Part shown: piece after piece, positions 28,882 to 37,603 of the stretch
Numbering within the stretch: the stretch's first letter is position 1
Layout of the letters: the number at the start of each line of letters is the position of its first letter
IMG/VR virus record: IMGVR_UViG_3300006914_000013
Coordinates: 20,386-84,385 of that record
Reading direction: 5' to 3' (one strand)
DNA from: a virus
DNA: 64,000 bases
Made by a program: the position numbers and the translations under genes
The notes under the pieces: generated by a model
Databases searched by the model: none
Told to the model about the DNA's origin: nothing
What the model saw: only the letters and a program-made list of their open reading frames with translations

Positions 28882-29611
28882 GGTGGTATTCCTTTTCAGG
28901 TGGGTTTAACAACCGCAAGACCCAGTGCTCTTTGAACAGCTGCTTGCGGGTGGTGGGGTCGGGATCGACCGTGACGCCGGGTTGCGGGGCGAGGAACTGA
29001 ATGCGTTCCAGCGGGACCGCGTTGGGGTGTTCCAGTTTCAGCACGGGCCGGGGCAGCCCGAGCAGCGGGCTTCGTTCCTGCAGGTAGGCGGCTCGTTGAA
29101 ACGGGTCCTCCAGCTGCACGGCCAGTTGTTCCAGTTCGTACTCGTTGTAGTCGCTGGCGAGGAACCACAGCACCGTCCAGCTCTCACCTGGTAGAGCCAG
29201 TCCGAGCAGGTCGGTGGCGCAGTACAGGGCGAACTCGGCTTCCTCGGGCTCCAGCAGCACCCCCTCTGGCCAAGTCTTGTCGATTTCCGAGAGGGGGAAC
29301 AGCGCACCCGACCAGCTGCTGCGAGCCATGGCGCGCAAGGTGTAGGCAGCCCAGCGGTCACCGGTGAAACCCAGCGCCAGGGTCCACACGCCCGGCTCCA
29401 GTTCCGACAGGCCCACCGATTGCAAACGGCGCAGGGCTTCCGAGCGCATCCAATACGTCAGGAAGGTTTCCCCGGCGTCCCCGGGTTTGACTTCGATCCA
29501 CTCATCCCCGTCGCCGTCCTGCGGCTCGATCTTGAAGGCCCGGCACGGTGAATGGTCATAGGTAAGCGCCGCGAGCCGTTGTTCCTGCTCGCGGATCTGT
29601 TCAGGGGTCAT
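28865..29611 (-). CDS. Hypothetical protein
   Basis: Start reassigned to MTPEQIRE (GAGGAA RBS); 248 aa. Confidence 0.6.
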   Translation of the reverse strand: MTPEQIREQEQRLAALTYDHSPCRAFKIEPQDGDGDEWIEVKPGDAGETFLTYWMRSEALRRLQSVGLSELEPGVWTLALGFTGDRWAAYTLRAMARSSWSGALFPLSEIDKTWPEGVLLEPEEAEFALYCATDLLGLALPGESWTVLWFLASDYNEYELEQLAVQLEDPFQRAAYLQERSPLLGLPRPVLKLEHPNAVPLERIQFLAPQPGVTVDPDPTTRKQLFKEHWVLRLLNPPEKEYHHDEPK

Positions 29612-29612
29612 A

Positions 29613-29876
29613 TCAAAGTTCCTCAATGAGTACGGGCACTTCCAGCAAGCGGTCAACGCTAAAGCTGCGCAAGCCCTGGGCTTCGGTGTCCCACACCAGC
29701 AGGTTGCCCGCAGGCATCGGCCGCCCCGGTTTCGCCTCGGCGTCAACCGGTGGCGGGGGTGGCATGCGGGAGGGGTGGAGGGTCGCGAGCAGGGTGCGCT
29801 CGCTGTTGTCGGCTTTCAGAAAAACTATGCGGGTCACGCCTTTTTCCAGCAGCGCACGCAGTTCTTGAATGTGCAT
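29613..29876 (-). CDS. WYL_2/Sm-like SH3 beta-barrel protein
   Basis: IVFLKADNSERTLLATL...VWDTEAQGLRSFSVD pattern. Confidence 0.75.
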   Translation of the reverse strand: MHIQELRALLEKGVTRIVFLKADNSERTLLATLHPSRMPPPPPVDAEAKPGRPMPAGNLLVWDTEAQGLRSFSVDRLLEVPVLIEEL

Positions 29877-30014
29877 CGGGCACCTCTTCTCGGGCGTCTT
29901 AGATCACCTGAGAGTAGCCGAGAGGTTTGGAATTCTGGATTCCCTGCCACACTTAGAGGGGGCTTGTGCCCTTCCCTCTTTTCAGCTGAGCCCGTTGCGG
30001 GCCTGGAGAACGCC

Positions 30015-30221
30015 GTGAGCAACCCCCCTACCCCTGTCCCAGCGAAGAAGGTCAAGCCTTGGCCGGAAGCGCACGCCACCAACGGCGCGTGGGAGAGTAA
30101 TTCGAACACTGGCCGGGCGCAGACCTGCATCCAGTTCCTGCAGGCCCACGGTTTCCTCAATGACCATCAGGCCGATGCGCTGCGCACGCAGGTAACGGAA
30201 CGCAGCGCCGCCACCGACTAG
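30015..30221 (+). CDS. Small helical protein, lone plus-strand ORF
   Basis: GGAG RBS plus GTG; contains [19 protein letters not shown], similar to the 55.9-58.7 kb paralogs. Confidence 0.5.
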   Translation: MSNPPTPVPAKKVKPWPEAHATNGAWESNSNTGRAQTCIQFLQAHGFLNDHQADALRTQVTERSAATD

Positions 30222-30652
30222 TCCGCGCCGAGCTGCGCCCGCAGCTCCTTGATCGCTTCCTTCGCGTTGGGGTGACGTTGGGCCAACAGGTCCAGCGTCT
30301 CCCCGATGGCGTTGCTGCTGATGCGTTCCTGAATGGACAGCTCGCGTTCCGTGGCCTGCAACATCGACCACATCAGCGTCTGCCGGTCCATCCACCACTC
30401 CATCGCCACCAGGCATTCCGAGTTCATGCTGCGTAAATGCACGCGGGCGTAGCGCGCCATGCGGTGGCGCATGTCGTCCGGCATGCGCACCACGAACTTG
30501 TCTGCTGTCCGGGAGTCACCACCGCCGTAGTTGGTACGCGGGATCGGCACCGGCACTTCCTTGGGCAGCACCTGGAAGAACGATTGCGACGCAGGTTCTG
30601 GCCTCTGCAACGCGGCACGGGCACGGGTCAGCAGGCTATCAATGTCACTCAA
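30218..30652 (-). CDS. Arc-family ribbon-helix-helix regulator, AmrZ/AlgZ-like
   Basis: [12 protein letters not shown]...RSMNSE matches the recalled Pseudomonas AmrZ DNA-binding segment; TTGA overlap and GGAG RBS. Confidence 0.85.
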   Translation of the reverse strand: MSDIDSLLTRARAALQRPEPASQSFFQVLPKEVPVPIPRTNYGGGDSRTADKFVVRMPDDMRHRMARYARVHLRSMNSECLVAMEWWMDRQTLMWSMLQATERELSIQERISSNAIGETLDLLAQRHPNAKEAIKELRAQLGAD

Positions 30653-30879
30653 AACCAAGTCTCCACGATGTCGGGGGCGTCACAGTCCGCTCTGCCCATA
30701 GGGTACAAACCAAAGGGCAGCAGGGCGCGCACGCCCTCCAGGGTTGTCGCTGAAACGGTTTCCCCGGTCGGCACCACCTGCCCCGCGATCGCCAGCGCTT
30801 TGTGGGCGATGTATATCTCGGGGTGGTTGGCCGGGCGTAGGTACACCGTCCACATGGCCAAGTAGCGATCCGCTCCCAT
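30649..30879 (-). CDS. Hypothetical protein
   Basis: 76 aa, ending in DIVETWF; operon context. Confidence 0.6.
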   Translation of the reverse strand: MGADRYLAMWTVYLRPANHPEIYIAHKALAIAGQVVPTGETVSATTLEGVRALLPFGLYPMGRADCDAPDIVETWF

Positions 30880-30890
30880 TCATGCGCCCC

Positions 30891-31307
30891 TCAGAGAAAA
30901 GTGCAGGGGCGCCAGGTCGGCGCCCGCTTCGGTTTGGGGAAGCGCAGGTAGCGGTCATGCAGGCGCAGAGCATCGTAGCGCTGCATGCGCAAGACGTAAG
31001 CCTGCACCACCTCGACCATGTCCTTGTGCCCGGCTTCCGCTTCGGCCCAGGTGCAATAGCGCATCTGTTCTTCGTTGAGAAACCCGCCGCCGAAGACCAT
31101 GGTTTCAAACAACACTGGCGGGTGGTTGGGGCCGTACCAGTTGTGGTCAATGCTGAGAAACACCGTGCTGATCCACACCTTGCCAACATAGTCTGCGGCT
31201 ACCCGGCGGACCTCCCGCGACGTTTCATACCACTTGGCCCACTCCATCAGGTCGCGGACCTTCACGGGCGTGTGACCGTCCAGGATGTACTTGTCGTCGA
31301 CGAACAT
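30891..31307 (-). CDS. Hypothetical phage protein
   Basis: ISTVFLSIDH...FETMVFGG...AEAGH motif; TGATG coupling. Confidence 0.7.
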   Translation of the reverse strand: MFVDDKYILDGHTPVKVRDLMEWAKWYETSREVRRVAADYVGKVWISTVFLSIDHNWYGPNHPPVLFETMVFGGGFLNEEQMRYCTWAEAEAGHKDMVEVVQAYVLRMQRYDALRLHDRYLRFPKPKRAPTWRPCTFL

Positions 31308-31717
31308 CAGCCGCGTTTCATCCAGGTCAGGACCGTCTCTAGCCCGTACTGTTCAGTCCACGCCAAGAGAGTCTTGTGATCGCGGCGTCTGGACATCACG
31401 GTTTCCCCGGTGTGCGGGTTGGTCCAGAGCTTGTCCTTATGGGCGTCGTACCCGGCCTTCACTCTGCTGGCTCTGCCTGTTTTAGTCAGGGCCGGGGTTT
31501 TTACTTCCGCTTCCTTGGCGGCCCCATACTGCGCTTCAAGGAAGCCGTACAGCTTCGCTTTGCTGAACGAATGCTTGGTCAGCAAGGCCTCTAACTCAGA
31601 ACTGAACTCTAACTCCCGCTTCAACTCCGGGTCGTTCTTGAGTTCTTCAAGGGCGGTAACTTGTTTCGCTAGCGCTAATTCCGCCGCAGTGTACAGGGCA
31701 ATTTTCTCAAACATCAT
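31307..31717 (-). CDS. MvaT/MvaU-like xenogeneic silencer, paralog 1
   Basis: LKNDPELKRELEF oligomerisation region and NPHTGE...HKTLLAW...YG...W C-terminal domain. Confidence 0.88.
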   Translation of the reverse strand: MMFEKIALYTAAELALAKQVTALEELKNDPELKRELEFSSELEALLTKHSFSKAKLYGFLEAQYGAAKEAEVKTPALTKTGRASRVKAGYDAHKDKLWTNPHTGETVMSRRRDHKTLLAWTEQYGLETVLTWMKRG

Positions 31718-31747
31718 AACTTCCTTAGTATTGAATTAGCGCCGGAC

Positions 31748-32116
31748 TTATTCTTGCAGCCAAGTATGCACGACAACTTCGCCGTACTTTTCTGCCCACT
31801 CCCTGTACTTAGAATGGCTAAGACGTTTGATCGTCAGGCGCTCTCCGGTGTGCGGGTTAAGAAAAGTCTTGGCTGGCTCGCGATTGACCACCTTGCGCTT
31901 GCCGCCCGTGGCTTTACCTTCTGCTGGCCGAGGCTCCACACCTAAGAGGGCCGCCACCGTTTCGCGGCTAACATCGAAGTCTTCCATCAGACGAGTTAAT
32001 GCAGCTTCGAACTCTAACTCGCGCTTGAGCGCGATGTCGTTTTTAAGTGCTTCAAAAGCCGCGAGTTGTTTGCCCAGCTCTAGTTCCGCAGCGCGGAACT
32101 CTGCAATTTTAGACAT
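31748..32116 (-). CDS. MvaT/MvaU-like xenogeneic silencer, paralog 2
   Basis: MSKIAEFRAAE...LKRELEFE...NPHTGE...EWAEKYG...WLQ. Confidence 0.9.
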   Translation of the reverse strand: MSKIAEFRAAELELGKQLAAFEALKNDIALKRELEFEAALTRLMEDFDVSRETVAALLGVEPRPAEGKATGGKRKVVNREPAKTFLNPHTGERLTIKRLSHSKYREWAEKYGEVVVHTWLQE

Positions 32117-32135
32117 GACCGATTCCTTACTACTC

Positions 32136-32166
32136 AAATAAAACGGGCTGCCAATACGGCAGCCCG
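32136..32166 (-). terminator. Rho-independent terminator
   Basis: CGGGCTGCC-N5-GGCAGCCCG with a UUUUAUUU tail on the minus strand. Confidence 0.7.
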
Positions 32167-32182
32167 GCGCAGGGTGTGTGAC

Positions 32183-32800
32183 CTAAGCCCGGTGTTCGCA
32201 GACTTCTTCTTTGATGCTGATCTGGATCGTGGAAAGCACCGTGAAGCCGTAGCTACGCGCCTTGCGGCCCGCTGCCAGTTCGGCTTCCAACTGGCTGCCC
32301 TGGAGTTCTTCGTGGAAGAACGGCAGTTCCAGACCGTCCGGTCGGCGGATGCGCAACAGCACTTCGACGCGACGTTTGAGGACACTGAATTCAACGCGGG
32401 GCTTAACTGGAACCGGAACGCTAGGCTTAGCAATTAGCGGCTTGATAGCAGCTTTAGCTTTAGGTTTCGGTGGGGGGACGGCAGAGGATATAACGGTGTC
32501 GATGCCTAACGCTAAGCGCATCTGTTGCTCAAGCTCATCACGCTCGGCTTGCTGCTTAGCGGCTGGCGTTAGCTGCTGATCAGGGGCGGTGAAGGAAAAA
32601 ATTAACTCTTCTAAGGGGGCATCACGGAGAGCGGCTAACTCCCGTTCCTGCGCTTCACGTAGGCGGCGAGCTTCTTTTTTCTTTGAGACGAAGTGCTGGT
32701 GTTTAGGGGTAGGTTCTTCAACGTAGGCAGCTAACATCGCCTGTATTTGAGAGTCCATTTCCGCCAGCTTACTAAATCCTGATCCCGCATTTAAAGCCAT
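32183..32800 (-). CDS. Hypothetical protein (lower-GC insert with the MvaT genes)
   Basis: TAGGAG RBS before MALNAG; 205 aa; AT-rich codons. Confidence 0.6.
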   Translation of the reverse strand: MALNAGSGFSKLAEMDSQIQAMLAAYVEEPTPKHQHFVSKKKEARRLREAQERELAALRDAPLEELIFSFTAPDQQLTPAAKQQAERDELEQQMRLALGIDTVISSAVPPPKPKAKAAIKPLIAKPSVPVPVKPRVEFSVLKRRVEVLLRIRRPDGLELPFFHEELQGSQLEAELAAGRKARSYGFTVLSTIQISIKEEVCEHRA

Positions 32801-32961
32801 TCGTTGGCTCCTAATTGTAATGTTGCCAGTCAGTCCGTGGGTTGTAAGGTGCCTATCATTTAAAAGAATATCAAGCCCTTGACAACAAAATGCTATCAAC
32901 CTCGCGCAATGGAAAACCTCGGCTACACTACGCCGAAAATTTCCCACCCTGTTGGGTTAAC

Positions 32962-33228
32962 TCACAGCAGTGCGAGCGAGCTACCACTTAGGTCCCATTC
33001 CTGCGCAGCCCACAACAGCACGTCTTTCATGGGCAGGCCGGTCTGTTCCGCCACCGGGCGGTAGCGTTCGAACAGGGTCTGTGCGCCCGCTTCCCGAAAG
33101 TGAAACTCGGTGCCGGCACCGCGGTTGTACAGCACCGAGGGCAGCATAAAGTCGATGTCCAGGTACTGCCCTTCCCCGCGAGCTTTTCGACAGGCGGTGA
33201 GGATCTGCGTGGCCAACGGTGCGTTCAT
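32962..33228 (-). CDS. Hypothetical protein
   Basis: ATGA coupling; GAGGA RBS. Confidence 0.6.
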   Translation of the reverse strand: MNAPLATQILTACRKARGEGQYLDIDFMLPSVLYNRGAGTEFHFREAGAQTLFERYRPVAEQTGLPMKDVLLWAAQEWDLSGSSLALL

Positions 33229-33617
33229 GGCTGGTCCTCGATCGGCGGGATTTCGTCGTCGCAGCATTCACACTGCAACGGTTCTGAGTACCGCAGCTCC
33301 GTGGCCACCACCCGGAGCAGGTAACTTTCCGGGTGGCGCAGGCCGTAGAGCAGATCGCGCAGCAGCACGCGCATGCAGCGCCGACAGATCGCCCGGCCTT
33401 CGTCGGTGATGCAGACGAAGCGCCGGCCTTCCACGGCGTCCTCCAGAAAGCGCAGCGTGGCGCGCAGCTGGTGCCCGTCGCTGATCTGGTAGAACACGTC
33501 ACGGTAACCGGTGCGCAGGCGCTTGCCGGTGCGCCGGTCGTACAGATCGCCGTGGACCTCTTCGTAGTGCCCTGGCTGTGGAAACAGGTCGAGCTGGTTA
33601 CGCGACGGATACCCCAT
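33225..33617 (-). CDS. Hypothetical protein with CxxC pairs
   Basis: CRRC and CECC motifs. Confidence 0.6.
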   Translation of the reverse strand: MGYPSRNQLDLFPQPGHYEEVHGDLYDRRTGKRLRTGYRDVFYQISDGHQLRATLRFLEDAVEGRRFVCITDEGRAICRRCMRVLLRDLLYGLRHPESYLLRVVATELRYSEPLQCECCDDEIPPIEDQP

Positions 33618-34740
33618 GACCTGCCCCCTCGGCGTCCATGAACGCTTCTATGAAGACTTGAGCCGCTTGCGCGTTGACGGCATTGCCATAGCCGCGCAGG
33701 CGTCCCACTCGGCCGGGTATCCCATGAGCCAGCGGGAATGTTCCGGCCTCAACTGGCCGCCACTTTCCATCCCGGCAGCCGAGCCAGTCAGCAGTTCGCC
33801 AGAAGCCGTTAACCGGGCCGGGGTGCAGAGGTACGCCTGCCTCGGGAGCTGGTCGTTCCGTTCCCGGCCGTCCCGGGTGGCCACCATGCCCGGGGTGTCC
33901 TTGTGGTCCCGGGTGGTCGGCGTGGTCCAGCCGCACAGGTGATACGACACGACTTCCACCGTCTTGCGGGAGCTGTCGTTGTTCCCCGCTGCGTTGTTGC
34001 CGTTCTGCGCTGGCGTCCCGGCCATCGGCGTCGGCCAGCCCGCGAGCTGGGTGCAAGTGTGCAAGGCCATCCCGCCCTGCTTGTTCGCCGAGTTCCCCGG
34101 GCCGTTGGTGTCCGAGGTCTTGGGTGTCGGCCAGCCTGTCAGCGTTACCGCTGCCGCCAAGTCCGGCCCGTGATTGCGCATAGCTTCCCGCAGACCACCC
34201 TCGGGTGAACGCACTCCCTTGTCGGCCAGGCTGGCTGTTGGCGTAGGCCACCCAGTACAGTCGGTCACGAATGTGCGGCGCACCGACCCCCGCAGACGGG
34301 AACGGGACGGCCCCAAAGGCGTAATCCAGGGCTTCCAGGTTAGCGTGTACAAGGTCGACCCAAGGGTCGACAGCCTTGCTCGCAACTTGCTCTCCAAAAA
34401 CGACTGAAGGCTTTGACTGCTCGATGAGCCAGGCAAAACTTGGCCAGAGGTGTCTTGGGTCCTCAAACCCCGCTCCAATGCCTGCCGCGGAGAAAGGCTG
34501 ACACGGACAAGATCCAGTCCAAACAGCCCGGTCATCAGGCCATCCGGCGGCACGCAGGGCATAAGACCAGCCGCCAAGGCCGGCGAAGAAATGGCACTGG
34601 GTGAAGCCGAACAGGTCACGGGGTTCGACATCCTCGATACTCCTTTCATCCACGATGCCGGGGGCGATCAGGCCCTCGGCGATCAGGTTGCGCAGCCATT
34701 GCGCAGCGTAAGGGTCAATCTCGTTGTAATACGCGGCCAC
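33598..34740 (-). CDS. C5-cytosine DNA methyltransferase (alpha chain)
   Basis: Motif I FFAGLGG, IV SCPCQPFS, VI GEQV, VIII HIRDR, X GYGNAV; motif IX not visible in this frame. Confidence 0.9.
   Translation of the reverse strand: MAAYYNEIDPYAAQWLRNLIAEGLIAPGIVDERSIEDVEPRDLFGFTQCHFFAGLGGWSYALRAAGWPDDRAVWTGSCPCQPFSAAGIGAGFEDPRHLWPSFAWLIEQSKPSVVFGEQVASKAVDPWVDLVHANLEALDYAFGAVPFPSAGVGAPHIRDRLYWVAYANSQPGRQGSAFTRGWSAGSYAQSRAGLGGSGNADRLADTQDLGHQRPGELGEQAGRDGLAHLHPARGLADADGRDASAERQQRSGEQRQLPQDGGSRVVSPVRLDHADHPGPQGHPGHGGHPGRPGTERPAPEAGVPLHPGPVNGFWRTADWLGCRDGKWRPVEAGTFPLAHGIPGRVGRLRGYGNAVNAQAAQVFIEAFMDAEGAGHGVSVA
33648..34631 (-). CDS. Nested alternative-frame ORF: probable MTase beta chain carrying motif IX
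   Basis: AAAGGAG-N8-ATG; four W(P/T)TP repeats; C-terminal GQLRPEHSRWLMGYP. Confidence 0.65.
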   Translation of the reverse strand: MSNPVTCSASPSAISSPALAAGLMPCVPPDGLMTGLFGLDLVRVSLSPRQALERGLRTQDTSGQVLPGSSSSQSLQSFLESKLRARLSTLGSTLYTLTWKPWITPLGPSRSRLRGSVRRTFVTDCTGWPTPTASLADKGVRSPEGGLREAMRNHGPDLAAAVTLTGWPTPKTSDTNGPGNSANKQGGMALHTCTQLAGWPTPMAGTPAQNGNNAAGNNDSSRKTVEVVSYHLCGWTTPTTRDHKDTPGMVATRDGRERNDQLPRQAYLCTPARLTASGELLTGSAAGMESGGQLRPEHSRWLMGYPAEWDACAAMAMPSTRKRLKSS

Positions 34741-34743
34741 GGG

Positions 34744-34962
34744 TCACCCCCACTTCTGCAATTGGACCGAAATGACTTGGTCCGTGGGGTAGTGCTGGGC
34801 CAGCCAGAGATAGGCCGCGTCGTAGTCGGCCGCCAACACCGGCACCTGCCAGCGCCACCCGTTGGGCTGTTCCAGGGTGACCAGGTAATAGTTATGCCGC
34901 AGGGCGAAGTGCTTCGCCCACCAGGCTTCCAGACACGACTTGGCTTGCAGAATCCAGAACAT
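34744..34962 (-). CDS. Hypothetical protein
   Basis: 72 aa filling the operon gap. Confidence 0.5.
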   Translation of the reverse strand: MFWILQAKSCLEAWWAKHFALRHNYYLVTLEQPNGWRWQVPVLAADYDAAYLWLAQHYPTDQVISVQLQKWG

Positions 34963-34971
34963 GCCCAGCCC

Positions 34972-35505
34972 TCATGCGTTGGCCAGCAGCTCATTGATTC
35001 GTTCAACCAGCACGGTGGTGGACACCTGCTTGCGCGAGCCCTTCACCAGCTTCACCTGGATCAGGTTGCACAGCTGGCGCAGCAGCGGTTCGACGCTGCC
35101 ATAGGTGCGTTCCAGGCGGCGGGTCAGCGAGGTTTCCGGGAATTGCCAGTCGGTGTACTCGCGGCCGTTGACCAGGCGCATGGTCGGCGGCAGGGGCGGC
35201 CATACCGCTTCCTGCGCCTGACTCTCGGCGTTGTAGACCTTCGGGGTGTACGCCGCGCTCACGCTGCGCGGCATCATTGAGCCTTCGGCATCCCGGCCGC
35301 CGCCTTCAAACCCGGGCAGGGCCACGATGCTGTACGTCAGTTCACGATGTTTGACCTGCACGGCCACCGCCAGAATCTCGGTTCCGCACGGCAAGGTGCG
35401 CCGCAGGGTGCGCAGGGTCAACGGCGTGGCCGTGCCTGCTTTAGGGGTGGCGGGGGAGGAATTGACGGGGGGTTCCATGCAAACCAATGGATTCATCATG
35501 AACAT
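34972..35505 (-). CDS. Hypothetical protein
   Basis: 177-aa ORF with GGAG RBS. Confidence 0.55.
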   Translation of the reverse strand: MFMMNPLVCMEPPVNSSPATPKAGTATPLTLRTLRRTLPCGTEILAVAVQVKHRELTYSIVALPGFEGGGRDAEGSMMPRSVSAAYTPKVYNAESQAQEAVWPPLPPTMRLVNGREYTDWQFPETSLTRRLERTYGSVEPLLRQLCNLIQVKLVKGSRKQVSTTVLVERINELLANA

Positions 35506-35546
35506 GTCAGGCTCCGAGGCTGATCATTCAGCCGTTTAGTTATGTC

Positions 35547-35831
35547 CTAGTGCAGCTGGTGAATCGTGACGCTGTCTGCCAGCCCATCGGTCGCCCACAA
35601 AGCGACCGGGCAGGATTGAACCTTCGGGTCAAACAACCCGAACAGGATTCGTGGGTCCACAGGGGGTGCGCCGTTCTGCAGGCGGTAGCCGGTAAGCGCG
35701 GCCAGCACAGCAGGGAAATCGGCGCATTGGATTACGGTTTCGGTGAAGGCTACACAGCCTGTGTCGACCTGCCACCGCTTCTTACTGACTACATGCACGT
35801 CGATTCTCCGATCAACTTGCGCCCTAGTCAT
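35547..35831 (-). CDS. Hypothetical protein
   Basis: 94-aa ORF. Confidence 0.45.
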   Translation of the reverse strand: MTRAQVDRRIDVHVVSKKRWQVDTGCVAFTETVIQCADFPAVLAALTGYRLQNGAPPVDPRILFGLFDPKVQSCPVALWATDGLADSVTIHQLH

Positions 35832-35897
35832 TTAACGATAGTCGGGGTTCCCAAACCCGATGTTAGAAACCCGAAAATCTGATTGCAGATTGCCATT

Positions 35898-35922
35898 TGT
35901 GAATTGTGAACTGTGAATTCAC
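35898..35922. repeat. TGTGAAY heptad triplet with inverted TTCAC
   Basis: tgtgaat-tgtgaac-tgtgaat-tcac, intergenic. Confidence 0.85.
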
Positions 35923-35924
35923 GG

Positions 35925-36089
35925 TCAATCGTACTCCTTGACCTGGAACCGGTAGTTGCTGTCTTCGGGGCCGCCTGAGCCCTCGCGCTTGCCTGCCTTG
36001 ATCCGGGTCACGGCCTCGTCCAGGGCGTCATCCAGGTCACTCTCTTCCTCGCCTTCCAGCTCGATGGTGATGCTGCGTTTCAGGGTCAT
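35925..36089 (-). CDS. Small acidic hypothetical protein
   Basis: MTLKRSITIELEG... with GAAGGA RBS. Confidence 0.6.
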   Translation of the reverse strand: MTLKRSITIELEGEEESDLDDALDEAVTRIKAGKREGSGGPEDSNYRFQVKEYD

Positions 36090-36093
36090 GGTG

Positions 36094-36336
36094 TCATTCC
36101 TTCTCAGGTGGTGGGGGTACTTCGCCATGCACAGTGGCCCAGCAGTCGAGCAGCAGTTCGGCGACTCGTAGCGGGTACCGGCTTTGCATGATCTTGCGTA
36201 CACCAGGGCGATCAGCGACCGGCAACTGGTTCACGATGTTGCGGGCCACCGCACGCACGGCGGCGTCGGTCTTGTGGATGCGGGCGGCGAGGACGATCAG
36301 CAGCACGGCGTCGACCGCGTTGTACCGGGCGGCCAT
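36094..36336 (-). CDS. Hypothetical protein
   Basis: 80 aa, TGATG coupling. Confidence 0.6.
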   Translation of the reverse strand: MAARYNAVDAVLLIVLAARIHKTDAAVRAVARNIVNQLPVADRPGVRKIMQSRYPLRVAELLLDCWATVHGEVPPPPEKE

Positions 36337-36554
36337 CAGCTGAGCCCCACGGTTTGCATGGTCTTGCTGCGCACGCGCTGGGGTTCGATCCGGTAGGTGA
36401 CCAGCGGGTTCTTGGCGCGCTGCTTACGCAGGCAGGCGTCCGCTTCGTCGCGGTCAAAGGTGCTGAGCAGGGACACCCAGCCGTGACCGACGTAGAGGCC
36501 CTGCACATGGTAAAGGTCGTAGGTGATGCGGCGGGACGGACGGGGGGAACGCAT
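36336..36554 (-). CDS. Hypothetical protein
   Basis: AAGGA RBS; VQGLYVGHGW motif. Confidence 0.55.
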   Translation of the reverse strand: MRSPRPSRRITYDLYHVQGLYVGHGWVSLLSTFDRDEADACLRKQRAKNPLVTYRIEPQRVRSKTMQTVGLS

Positions 36555-36622
36555 GGGGGCTTCCTTGTTCTTGGAATTCTCCCCACACATTGCCTTGGTT
36601 GCAGGTGGCCAGCAACTGCGAG

Positions 36623-36868
36623 TTAAAGCCCCCCGTAGCCGTCTTTTTCCAGCGCGACCTTGATCAGCCCGCTGATGGTTTTCGGCCCGGCGGCGGTGTC
36701 CTTGTTCGACAGGCGGCGGGTTTCCAGTTCACGGATCATCGACTTCGGCAAGCTGATGGTGATCGAGGCCGGGACATCTTTCTCGCCGTCCCCCGCCACA
36801 CCCGCCAAGCGTTTGGCCAAGTCCCCAGCGATCTGCGCTTGGCTTTTCTCTGCCTCTGCCTTACCCAT
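36623..36868 (-). CDS. ParG/omega-like ribbon-helix-helix partition protein
   Basis: Directly downstream of parA; flexible N-terminus then SITISLPKSMIREL...TISGLIKVAL. Confidence 0.7.
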   Translation of the reverse strand: MGKAEAEKSQAQIAGDLAKRLAGVAGDGEKDVPASITISLPKSMIRELETRRLSNKDTAAGPKTISGLIKVALEKDGYGGL

Positions 36869-37502
36869 AAAACACCTCGTCCAGTAGTTCGTTGATTTCT
36901 TCTTTGGCTTTGTTGCTGCCGCACTCCAGCACCGACAGCCCCTTTTTCATGCTGCTTTTGTAGATTTTGCGGTAGCGCCCGACGCTGTTCAGCACCTCAA
37001 ACTCGGGGTACGGCAGCAGGGCTTCAAGGAATTCCGCACGCTCGATGACCCTGCCTTGGGCGTGGGTTTCGCCGAACGTCTGATAGATCAGGACGCGCAG
37101 TTTCGGGTTCGACGGCGAAATCTCGGCGTACTGCTTGCGCAGGCGCTTGAGCGTGTCGGTGTCCAGTTCACTGCATTGCAGCGGGCAGATGACTATGTCC
37201 GCCACGCACATCGACGTGATCAGTTCCGTGCTGTTGTGCCCGGCCACGTCGATCAGCACATGCTCGTACTTGTCGGCCAGGTTGGCGACGGCGTTCACCA
37301 GGTTGCCGTACTTCTGCGCGTGCGGGACCACCGGCTGGTGTTCGGCGGCTGCCCGGTTGCCGTGCCAGAGGTGACAACTGCCCTGCCCATCACCATCGAG
37401 CACGACCACGTCCTTGCCTCTAATCGTCAGACCGATCGCGAGGTTCATGCAGGTGGTCGTCTTGCCCACCCCACCCTTGTTGCTGCCCACGACAACTTTC
37501 AT
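36861..37502 (-). CDS. parA: ParA family partition ATPase (short, type Ib)
   Basis: KGGVGKTT deviant Walker A, DGDGQGS, LIDVAG. Confidence 0.92.
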   Translation of the reverse strand: MKVVVGSNKGGVGKTTTCMNLAIGLTIRGKDVVVLDGDGQGSCHLWHGNRAAAEHQPVVPHAQKYGNLVNAVANLADKYEHVLIDVAGHNSTELITSMCVADIVICPLQCSELDTDTLKRLRKQYAEISPSNPKLRVLIYQTFGETHAQGRVIERAEFLEALLPYPEFEVLNSVGRYRKIYKSSMKKGLSVLECGSNKAKEEINELLDEVFYG

Positions 37503-37570
37503 AAAATTGGCCCTCACCAGTTTTAAAACCCGTTGGTACACAGTACCGCTGGTGAGCCTAGCGTCCGCGC

Positions 37571-37603
37571 CATGAATACGCAATTCATGTATGTGAATTC
37601 ATG
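37571..37603. promoter_or_regulatory. Heptad variants upstream of parA (possible autoregulatory/centromere site)
   Basis: CATGAAT, ATTCATG and TGTGAATTCATG within 35 bp. Confidence 0.45.

Noticed and set aside
33598-34740. MTase as a frameshifted pseudogene or part of an RM system
   Set aside because: Both frames are open over about 1 kb with motif X intact, and no cognate endonuclease is adjacent.
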